A DNA stretch of 64,000 nucleotides, from positions 59,458,001 to 59,522,000 of the forward strand of contig NC_083287.1 of the NCBI RefSeq assembly GCF_963506605.1. The letters are read 5' to 3'. A program made the translations under genes and the position numbers. Below the pieces are notes generated by a model. That model ran no database searches, was not told where the DNA came from, and worked only from the letters and a program-made list of their open reading frames with translations. Positions 49,201 through 58,062 of this stretch are shown here, piece after piece. The stretch is from Zootoca vivipara (lineage: Eukaryota). Positions within the stretch are counted from its first letter, which is position 1; each line of letters starts with the position of its first letter.

Positions 49201-52200
49201 ACCAACTAAGTTTATATTTTGGTATGAGCTTTCGTGTGCATGCACACTTCTTCAGATACCAAGAAGTGTGCATGCACACGAAAGCTCATACCAAAATATA
49301 AACTTAGTTGGTCTTTAAGGTGCTACTGAAGGAATTTTTTTATTTTGCTTCGACTCAGACCAACACGGCTACCTACCTGTATCATAGAAGGGAAGTCATA
49401 GTCCGGCTCTCTTCTGCCTTGGTCAGACAAACACCTGGAACACTGTGTCCCTTTCTGGGCTCCACAATTTAAGAAGGATGTTCACAAGCTGGAAGGTGGG
49501 CAGAGCAGGGAAACCAAGACGATCAGGGGTCTAGAAGCCAAGCCTTATGAAGAGCAATTGAAGGAGACGGGAAGATTAGCCTGGAAAAGAGGAGTGAGAG
49601 GAGAGGAGTGAGAGGGACCCAAGGGAGAGCCATATTCAAATATCTCCACGGCTGTCACAGGGAAGAAGGAGCAAGCTTGTTTTCTCCTGCTCTGGAGGGC
49701 AGGATCCAAACCAAATGTCAGGGAGGTTGCTGGCTACCCTCGAGCAACGACACTCCAAACCATCTTGTCTTTAGTACTTTTATTGTGAAAGCTATTTACA
49801 ATGCAAGAGCTTCCTCGAAAACATGTCTACTCAGTACGATCAGATTCTCCCAATGGCGCTTTTCGGCTCCTCCCCCAGCAGGGTAGTTTGGGGACCCCAA
49901 ATCTCCTCCCCCTGCATTTGCGAGCCGCTGATCGCCTCAGTTCCGGGGTGAATTTGAAAGGACGCCCCTCTGCTGTTTCCCCGCTGGAACTCTCTGCCGG
50001 CCCCTCCTTCCTTGCTGGTATCCCAGGCTGCAGGTAGGGCTCTGAGCCCTGGCCCGCTCCTCTCACTTCCTCCTTCCTGTCTCCTGTCCCTCCGCTGTTG
50101 TCCGAGCCATTCGAAGAGCTGGATTTGATGAGGGGTGGCTGTTCCTTGCATACCTGCCAAGTTCCTCTCTGAAAAATAAGGGACCGGACGGAAGTAGCAT
50201 ACCGGAAGTAGCGCGGCGGCCATTTTGGAACTGGGCGGAGCATGCTCAGAAGTGACTTTTGATGCTGCTGTGCCCAGTTCCAAAATGGCCGCTGCACCAG
50301 AATAAACCGGGGGGAAACAAAAAAAATCGTTTTTTCGGCTGGGGACAGCTGGAAAAACGGGGTTTTTCCTGGGAATACGGGAGACTTGGCAGCTATGGTT
50401 CCTTGTAAGCCCATCCCTTACACCAATGGATTCAAGTTACAAGAAAGGGTATTCTGACTAAATATCAGGAATAAGCTTTCGGACAGTAAGATCTATGCCA
50501 CAGCAGAAGGGTCTCCCTTATGAGATGGTGGACTCTCCTTCCTTGGAGGTCTTTCCCATCTCTGGAAGAACTATACAATTCCTGTTGCCTTACAAAACCA
50601 AATAATATTTTACAGGATTCATCTCATCCTGGATATAGTCTTTTTGCACCATTGCCTTCAGACAAGAGTTACAGAACAATTAAATCAAGAACGAATAGAT
50701 TAAAAAACAGCTTCTATCCAAGAGCTATAACCATCTTAAATGCTGTAACTAAATAATATGATCTTGGGGAGTTGTGATGGGTGTGGGTGTAATTGTGTTT
50801 TTGTTTTGTTTTTATGGGATGGCATTCAATTTCGTTGTACTATGTACAATGACAATAAAGTATCTATCATCCATCTATCTATCTATCTTCAAGAGAGGTT
50901 GGATGGCCACCTGTCAGGGATGCCTTAGCTGTGATTCCCCCATTGCTGCGGATTGGCCTGGATGACCCCGGGGGTCCCTTCCAACCCCTCCATTCTGCCT
51001 CACTGCCCCCCTCTCCTTTTCATCCCTCAGCCGCCAGCGCGCAATGGAGCAGGTCCGCCAGCGGGCCGCCCACTGGACCACCTCTGAGACCAAGGCTTTT
51101 GTGGAGCTGTGGGGGGACGACCGCGTCCAGACGGCCCTTTTTGACAACTATCGCAACGAGGTGCAGTACAAGCGGCTGTCGGACAAGATGCGGAAGATGG
51201 GCTTCCACCGCAACCTGGAGCAGTGCCGCCAGCGGGCCAAGGACCTGCGCAGGGGCTTCAAGGAGATCCAGGACGGCAACCTGCACTCCAACCGGGCACG
51301 GCAGACCATGCCCTTCTTTGCCCTCCTGGACCGCTTCCTGCTGATGAGCCGGGGGCTGGTGGTGCCCAAGGTGTGCGTCAACAGGACCAAGCAGAGGGGG
51401 CGCAAGGGCAGGGGGCGCAGGGAGGAGCCCCAGGGGCAAGCCCCCTTCCTGCTCGCCCAGCACCCCAACTTGCAGGACCTGGCGCTGCAGGAGCAGGATC
51501 CGTACCTCCATGCCCTGGCGCTCCCTGGCTTCCACCTGCAGAGCCACTTCACAAGCCAGTATCGCCAGGGGGCCAGCCTCCCTGGCTACCAGCTGCCGCC
51601 CCCCGACCAGGACCCCCCGGGCAACGCTGTGGGGCTGCCTGGTGGTCCGCTGGAGGGGCAAGACAAGGACTCGCCTGCCCTGCGACTGGCGGACTTCTCC
51701 CTACGGCCGCAGGACCCAGACGCCTCTCTCGCCATGGAGTCCTGCCGGGCAGCTGCTCGCAGCCAGAGCCAGGACATGGTGCTGAGCCCCATCAATGGGC
51801 TTTCAGCCACCAGCAGCCTCTGGTCAGAAATCGCCAGCATGACTACTATGGAGAACCCCACTGGCGTGGCAGCCCCAGGAAGTGCCCAGCGTGAGTATCT
51901 GCTTATTGGCTTATTTATTCCTTCACAGTATTTACAGCCTGACCTTCATTGAGCGTTTTCCATCCCAGAGCAAAGTAGTAGAAATGAGCACAGAAGCAAA
52001 ATATATAAAAACTGCAGAATCATATAAACAGGACCACTAAACAACTAGAAAACTTCTATCATACGCTAAACCAGGCACCCCCAAAATATGAACAACCAGA
52101 TTAAAAAAATTATGAATGACCAGATTTAAAAAATTATGAACGACCAGATTAAAAAAATTATCTACAATTATCAACAGGGTTAATGATTGAAAAGAAAATT

Positions 52201-54540
52201 AAATATTTAGGAGTGTGGTTAACTTGTCACTTATGGGAGGGATATCCGATAAAAATGCATGTGCTAACAAAAATGTTATTTCTGTTTCAAACAATATCAG
52301 TGATCACCAATACAATATGCTTTTAAAAATGGCAGAAAAATATCACTAGATTTATCTGGCAGGGGAAGAAACCAATAATAAAGTATGCCAAAGAAAGAGC
52401 TGGATTCTCCTTACCAGATCTGAAATTATATTTTGAGGTGTCTTGTCTTTGCCAGTTAAAGGAGTGGATGTCATTGGAAAACTGTTCCATATTAGATCTT
52501 GACGGACATTTGGCTGGCACGCCTATCTGTGGTATGACAAGGTTAAAGTTCATAAAGCTTTTTTGAATCATGTTATAAGAAAACTGGTGTATGAAGTATG
52601 GGACAAATACAAAAAATTATTAGAACACAAAACACCATGGTGGCCCTCTCCACTTGAAGCAATATTGGTGAAAAAAAGGAATACGAGAAATGATTGGACA
52701 ACATATAAAGAATTATTAAAAGTAGATCAAGGTTTAAAATTAAGGAGGTTTTAAGATATAAGGGAATTAGTACCCATTTTGTTGCAATATCACCAACTTA
52801 ATAAAGTGTTTGAGTTGTACAAAAAGAAGGGTTTTTTAAAATAAAACCTCCCAGTTTGAAAGGGAATTGTTAGAAAATAATTTAATAAATGGGGAAAGTT
52901 TGAAAAACTATTGTAAACAATGACACACATTGGTAGGGTTGACAAAAATTGAACTATAAAGAATTTATAAGAATAGAGTTATGAAAGAGATGCAGAGGAG
53001 GAAATCATTATATTAAGATCCACAATTGGGGGAGGGGGGAGTCAAAGGGAATTATATGTTTGTTTTTATTTCACTTGTATGTGTAAAATAGAAAATGCAA
53101 AAATAAAATAAGAGTCCGGCAAAAGCACCTTCCTGGTGTCAATAGGCAGGGAGTTCCAAAGTTCTGCCACACTAAAAGATCCAAGTTCTTACAAAGGTGG
53201 AGCGAGTATTCTGTGGCACCTGCACCCGTCCCGTTCTGCCATGTGGGGCAGGGCTATTTTGCAGAAACCGAACTATAAATATTGAGAAAGCAACTCATGC
53301 CTCTCTTTTTCTTCCTTCCACCCCCCCCCCATCAGCCTGGCACCCTGGGAAGGCCCCCAGCTCCTCTGCAAAGCGGATGCGCGACCTCCGCTTGCGCCGC
53401 CGGAGGCAGCGGGCCGCCATGGCACGGGTGCTGCTGGGCGCCAGCTACCGCCCCAACGACCGGACAGTGTGGAGCAAGACGCAGAAGACGGACTGGTGGG
53501 ACAACCTGGTGGCCGGGCCAGCCGAGGACGGCGAGTGGGTGCGCTACTTCCGCATGTCGCGGGAGGCGGTGCTGGAGCTGGTGGAGAGGCTGCGCCCCGT
53601 GCTGCAGCGGGAGGACACCAACATGCGGGCCGCCATCCCCGTCGACAAGCGCGTGGCCCTCACGCTCTGGAAGCTGGCCACCTCGGAGAGCTACCGCTCG
53701 GTGGCCCACCAGTTTGGCGTGGGCGTCTCGACCGCCTCAGTCATTGTCATGGAGGTGTGCGAGGCCATTCACGACGTCCTGCTGCAGGACGTGGTCCAGC
53801 TGGGGGATGCCCAGGCCGTCATGGAGGGCTTTGAGCGGCTTGGCTTCCCCAACTGCATTGGCGCCGTGGACGAGACCCACATCCCCATCCTGTGCTCACC
53901 CCACGGTGCGTCGGCCTACATCAACGGCAAGGGGCTGGTTTCCATGGTGCTGCAGGCCCTGGTCGACAGCGCAGGGCGCTTCATGGATGTCTACGCCGGC
54001 TGGTCAGGCGGCCTGCAGGACTCGGGCCTGCCGTGGGGCTCCCCGCTCTTTGAGCGCATGGAGAAGGGCACCTTTGGCCCCCAGACCACCACTGAGATCG
54101 AGGGTGTGGCCGTGGGACCCGTCCTACTGGGGGGTCCTGCCTGCCCCCTGCGGCCGTGGCTGATGAAGCCGTACACAGACACCCCGGAGGGGCCTCGGCA
54201 CCACTTCAACCTGTTGCTGGGCAAGTGCCGCAGGGCCGTCACCTACGCCTTTGAGCGGCTCAAGGGCCGCTGGCGCTGCCTCCTCAAGCGCCTAGACGTG
54301 GCGGAGAAGAACGTCCCGCTGGTCATCGTCGCCTGCTGCATCCTGCACAACATCTGCGAGAGCCGCAACGAAGCCATGCAGGAGGGTTGGGAGGAGGGCA
54401 TGGACTACGCTGACCTGCCCTCGGCGGAGGGCCACGCAGACGCCTTCTCGGACGCGGAAGAAGGGGCTGGGGAGGCGCACGGCGTCCGTGAGGCCTACTG
54501 CGCATTCTTCGAGAAGAGGCGGCAGGCAGAGGAGCTCTGA
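33406..54540 (+). CDS. Predicted KRAB / C2H2 zinc finger / Myb-SANT / Harbinger transposase fusion protein, 1083 aa. Exons: 33406-33472, 41069-41269, 42664-42812, 43458-43578, 44348-44464, 46887-46985, 47861-48293, 51031-51890, 53336-54540
   Basis: Nine exons with polypyrimidine-AG acceptors and GT donors. Phases 1,1,0,1,1,1,2,1 all match, giving 3252 nt (1084 codons) with no internal stop. AATAAA lies at 54809-54814. The first three exons and 46887-46985 are less certain than the KRAB, zinc finger, Myb and transposase exons. Confidence 0.8.
34791..35605 (-). mobile_element. Young CR1 LINE 3' portion (about 0.8 kb)
   Basis: ORF2 C-terminus ([12 protein letters not shown]...[18 protein letters not shown]...RRLRGDMI) and a TCATAGAA-repeat tail. 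Confidence 0.93.
38948..38985. repeat. (CA)n microsatellite
   Basis: Seen directly in the sequence. Confidence 0.95.
39460..39780 (+). mobile_element. Young CR1 LINE 3' fragment
   Basis: Same family as 34791-35605. Confidence 0.9.
40798..40940 (+). mobile_element. tRNA-derived, MIR-like SINE (a related copy lies at about 37598-37730)
   Basis: A/B-box-like head (cagtggtgagagtg...ggttcaaatccc) and core ctcacagggttgttgt. Confidence 0.6.
41617..41860. mobile_element. Partial Tigger-like MITE with an internal hairpin
   Basis: Palindrome gcttctgattggctgcagga-agc-tcctgcagccaatcggaagc and a TIR-like end (aaggtacggctata). Confidence 0.55.
43458..43578 (+). CDS. KRAB-A box exon of the fusion gene
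   Basis: [40 protein letters not shown], with the typical phase 0 / phase 1 boundaries. Confidence 0.95.
44348..44464 (+). CDS. KRAB-B-like exon of the fusion gene
   Basis: [15 protein letters not shown] resembles the KRAB-B consensus KPDLISRLERGEEP. Phase 1-1. Confidence 0.8.
45118..45883 (-). mobile_element. CR1 3' end present as three tandem copies (199-bp period)
   Basis: Units start at 45118, 45317 and 45516. The third unit extends further into ORF2. Confidence 0.92.
47003..47150 (+). mobile_element. tRNA-derived squamate SINE (related minus-strand copies at about 5630-5740 and 6525-6665)
   Basis: agtggcagag...ggttcaagtccc...ggcatctccagg...gagaccctggagagcc. Confidence 0.6.
47861..48293 (+). 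CDS. Zinc-finger exon: two canonical C2H2 fingers and two degenerate CxxC units
   Basis: [29 protein letters not shown] linker, [21 protein letters not shown], then CIDC and CFGC without His pairs. The exon ends at a strong donor (CAG|GTGAGG). Confidence 0.9.
48686..49156 (-). mobile_element. Young CR1 3' fragment nested in the older CR1
   Basis: [34 protein letters not shown]... with a CR1 tail. Confidence 0.9.
49170..49381. mobile_element. Penelope-like element terminal-repeat foldback
   Basis: 85-bp inverted arms (49168-49252 and 49261-49345, one mismatch) with an 8-nt spacer. A 13-bp direct repeat (tcatagaagggaa) lies at 49157-49169 and 49382-49394. Confidence 0.8.
49219..49262 (-). ncRNA. 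Minimal type I hammerhead ribozyme motif
   Basis: Minus strand reads UUGGUAU CUGAAGA A GUGUG CAUG CACAC GAA AGCU C AUACCAA: stem I of 7 bp, CUGANGA core, stem II, GAAA, palindromic mini stem III and a UC cleavage site. Confidence 0.75.
49716..50422 (-). mobile_element. Solo LTR (about 450 bp excluding the nested MITE)
   Basis: TG...CA ends with terminal inverted repeats tgtcaggga and tcccttaca, flanks ccaaa/ccaat, and AATAAA on the minus strand. It splits a CR1 sequence. Confidence 0.7.
50149..50397. mobile_element. hAT-superfamily MITE
   Basis: TIRs catacctgccaagt and acttggcagctatg, with a perfect 8-bp TSD (gttccttg) at 50141-50148 and 50398-50405. Confidence 0.88.
50553..50886 (+). mobile_element. 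Rex1/Babar LINE 3' fragment
   Basis: PSLEELY...[41 protein letters not shown] followed by AATAAA and a (TATC)n tail. Confidence 0.8.
51031..51890 (+). CDS. Myb/SANT-like (trihelix/MADF, MSANTD-type) DNA-binding domain exon
   Basis: [16 protein letters not shown]...[36 protein letters not shown]...[12 protein letters not shown] matches the Myb_DNA-bind_4 pattern of Harbinger Myb proteins and ZSCAN20/29-type domains. Confidence 0.9.
52087..53112 (+). mobile_element. Degraded L1-clade LINE fragment in the intron between the Myb and transposase exons; starts with a 24-bp x3 tandem repeat (52087-52158)
   Basis: Broken frames ([49 protein letters not shown]) are homologous to the L1 at 11496-12860. 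The end is A-rich. Confidence 0.8.
53336..54540 (+). CDS. PIF/Harbinger transposase-derived (HARBI1/ALP1-like, DDE_Tnp_4) terminal exon
   Basis: W..YFRMSR, HTH-like [66 protein letters not shown] and [10 protein letters not shown]. Confidence 0.93.
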
Positions 54541-54808
54541 GGGGCGCTGTGCGTTGTGTGTGTGTGTTGTGCGAGGACACCCCCTTCCCCACCCCACCCC
54601 GTGGGTGTTGCAAAGACGCGGGGGGGGGGGGGGAGAGAGACAGGAACTCAGGCTAACTCAGGTTACAATTCTCTTCCGTGACTTCGCAGGGGGACAACGT
54701 CCAGGGTCCCCCTCGGTGAAGTCTGCCTGCTCACCGGTTGCACTGTTTTGACCTTTTATAAACTTTTTATAAAAATTGGCTTAGTACCAAGTTTTCACCT
54801 TGGACCTC

Positions 54809-54814
54809 AATAAA
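54809..54814 (+). terminator. Polyadenylation signal of the fusion gene
   Basis: AATAAA about 270 nt after the stop codon, with T/GT-rich sequence downstream. Confidence 0.7.
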
Positions 54815-55293
54815 TCCTTGTTCTTCTTGAAAGGAATTTGGTGGGCGTGTCTTAAATGTGAAATTTCTCAGGTTTCCCCAGTCGTGAATGAGGCTGGCAG
54901 GATGGGGGGGGGAGGCCCCCAGTTCACTTTGCAAAACAGGGCTTGGTGCAGAATATGAATGAGCACAAGAAACACATGGGTTGGGGACAGTGAAGGGACA
55001 AGTTCAGTAGGGTGCGCTGATTTTTACAACAAAGTTGTAATGATTTGGGAATTCAAGAGATTTCTTGGTTAAATTAATATAGCTTAGTTTTGCTTGGTAA
55101 GTAAACTGTAAGATGGCATGGACATCATTAAAAATGACTGCAGTAATTTTATATTAATATTTTTACTTTTATTTATTAATACTATTTATTTTTAGCATTA
55201 CCTGACACTTTCAAAAGGTAAAATTAAAATAATTTGGTTTTCCAAAAGCAGTTGATGTGCTTTTTAATCAAATGTAGATTTGCCAAGCTAAAC

Positions 55294-58062
55294 GTTGTTG
55301 TTGTTTAGTCGTTTAGTCGTGTCCGACTCTTCGTGACCCCATGGACCATAGCACGCCAGGCACTCCTGTCTTGCACTGCCTCCCGCAGTTTGGTCAAACT
55401 CATGTTCGTAGCTTCGAGAACACTGTCCAACCATCTCGTCCTCTGTCGTCCCCTTCTCCTTGTGCCCTCCATCTTTCCCAACATCAGGGTCTTTTCCAAG
55501 GATTCTTCTCTTCTCATGAGGTGGCCAAAGTATTGGAGCCTCAGCTTCACGATCTGTCCTTCCAGGGAGCACTCAGGGCTGATTTCCTTAAGAATGGATA
55601 GGTTTGATCTTCTTGCAGTCCATGGAACTCTCAAGAGTCTCCTCCAGCACCATAATTCAAAAGCATCAATTCTTCGACGATCAGCCTTCTTTATGGTCCA
55701 GCTCTCACTTCCATACATCACTACTGGGAAAACCATAGCTTTAACTATACGGACCTTTGTCGGCAAAGTGATGTCTCTGCTTTTTAAGATGCTGTCTAGG
55801 TTTGTCATTGCTTTTCTCCCAAGAAGCAGGCGTCTTTTAATTTCGTGACTGCTGTCACCATCTGCAGTGATCAAGGAGCCCAAGAAAGTAAAATCTCTCA
55901 CTGCCTCCATTTCTTCCCCTTCTATTTGCCAGGAGGTGATGGGACCAGTGGCCATGATCTTGGTTTTTTTGATGTTGAGCTTCAGACCATATTTTGCGCT
56001 CTCCTCTTTCACCCTCATTAAAAGGTTCTTTAATTCCTCCTCGCTTTCTGCCATCAAGGTTGTGTCATCTGCATATCTGAGGTTGTTGATATTTCTTCCG
56101 GCAATCTTAATTCCGGCTTGGGATTCATCTAGTCCAGCCTTTCGCATGATGAATTCTGCATATAAGTTAAATAAGCAGGGAGACAATATACAACCTTGTC
56201 GTACTCCTTTCCCAATTTTGAACCACTCAGTTGTTCCATATCCAGTTCTAACTGTAGCTTCTTGTCCCACATAGAGATTTCTCAGGAGACAGATGAGGTG
56301 ATCAGGCACTCCCATTTCTTTAAGAACTTGCCATAGTTTGCTGTGGTCGACACAGTCAAAGGCTTTTGCATAGTCAATGAAGCAGAAGTAGACGTTTTTC
56401 TGGAACTCTCTAGCTTTCTCCATAATCCAGCGCATGTTTGCTATTTGGTCTCTGGTTCCTCTGCCCTTTCGAAATCCAGCTTGCACTTCTGGGAGTTCTC
56501 GGTCCACATACTGCCTAAGCCTGCCTTGTAGAATTTTAAGCATAACCTTGCTAGCGTGTGAAATGAGCGCAATTGTGCGGTAGTTGGAGCATTCTTTGGC
56601 ACTGCCCTTCTTTGGAATTGGGATGTAGACTGATCTTCTCCAATCCTCTGGCCATTGCTGAGTTTTCCAAACTTGCTGGCATATTGGGTGTAGCACCTTA
56701 ACAGCATCATCTTTTAAAATTTTAAATAGTTCAGCTGGAATATCATCACTTCCACTGGCCTTGTTATTAGCAGTGCTTTCTAAGGCCCATTTGACTTCAC
56801 TCTCCAAGATGTCTGGCTCAAGGTCAGCAACCACACTACCTGGGGTGTACGAGACCTCCATATCTTTCTGGTATAATTCCTCTGTGTATTCCTGCCACCT
56901 CTTCTTGATGTCTTCTGCTTCTGTTAGGTCCTTACCACTTTTGTCCTTGATTATGGTAATCTTTGTACAAAATGTTCCTTTCATATCTCCAATTTTCTTG
57001 AACAGATCTCTGGTTTTCCCCATTCTATTGTTTTCCTCTATTTCTTTGCATTGCTCATTTAAGAAGACCCTCTTGTCTCTCCTTGCTGTTTTTTGGAAAT
57101 CTGCATTCAGTTTCCTGTATCTTTCCCTATCTCCCTTGCATTTTGCTTGCCTCCTCTCCTCCGCTATTTGTAAGGCCTCGTTGGATAGCCATTTTGCTTT
57201 CTTGCATTTCCTTTTCCTTGGGATGGTTTTCGTTGCTGCCTCCTGTATAATGTTACGAGCCTCCATCCATAGTTCTTCAGGCACTCTGTCCACCAAATCT
57301 AAATCCTTAAACCTGTTCCTCACTTCCACTGTGTATTCATAAGGGATTTGATTCAGATTGTATCTTACTGGCCCAGTGCTTTTTCCTACTTTCTTCAGTT
57401 TAAGCTGGAATTTTGCTATAAGAAGCTGATGATCTGAGTTACAGTCAGCTCCAGGTCTTGTTTTTGCTGACTGTATAGAGCTTCTCCATCTTTGGCTGCA
57501 GAGAATATAATCAATCTGATTTCGATGCTGCCCATTTGGTGATATCCATGTGTAGAGTCGTCTCTTGTGTTGTTGGAAGAGAGTGTTTGTGATGACCAGC
57601 TTGTTCTCTTGACAGAACTCTATTAGCCTTTGCCCTGCTTCATTTTGAACTCCAAGGCCAAACTTGCCAGTTGTTCCTTTTATCTCTTGATTCCCTACTT
57701 TAGCATTCCAATCCCCTGTAATGAGAAGAACATCCTTCTTTGGTGTCATTTCTAGAAGTTGTTGTAGGTCTTCATAGAATTGGTCAATTTCACTTTCTTC
57801 AGCACCGGTAGTTGGTGCATAAACTTGGATTACTGTGATGTTAAAAGGTCTGCCTTGGATTCGTATCGAGATCATTCTGTCATTTTTGAGATTGCATCCC
57901 ATTACAGCTTTTGCCACTCTTTTGTTGACTATGAGGGCCACTCCATTTCTGCTACAGGATTCTTGCCCACAGTAGTAGATATGATAGTCACCCGAACTGA
58001 ATTCGCCCATTCCCTTCCATTTTAGTTCACTGATGCCCAGGATGTCGATATTTATTCTTGTC
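55294..58062 (-). mobile_element. BovB (RTE clade) LINE, slightly 5'-truncated, with an uninterrupted 919-codon endonuclease and RT frame
   Basis: APE motifs (ILGISELKW, QVYAPT, GDWNAKVG, NQIDYIL, SDHQLL), RT motifs (FIDYAKAFD, GVRQGCILSP, LRYADD), C-terminus WRAMVHGVTKSRTRLND and a (CAA)n tail. Confidence 0.96.

Larger units (their letters stand above)
48450..50990 (+). mobile_element. Older CR1 LINE fragment interrupted by several younger insertions
   Basis: CR1 ORF2-like sequence can be followed in order across about 48450-48683, 49385-49715, 50423-50552 and 50887-50990. Confidence 0.75.

Noticed and set aside
51031-54540. Autonomous active Harbinger transposon
   Set aside because: No TIRs or TSD found, DDE triad broken, an old L1 lies between the two ORFs, and both ORFs have in-phase splice sites linking them to KRAB-ZNF exons.
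53197-54540. Calling this ORF the HARBI1 orthologue, or using 53197 as its start
   Set aside because: The first 46 or so codons are intronic (repeat and polypyrimidine tract). Sequence and context suggest an independent domestication, so no gene symbol is assigned.
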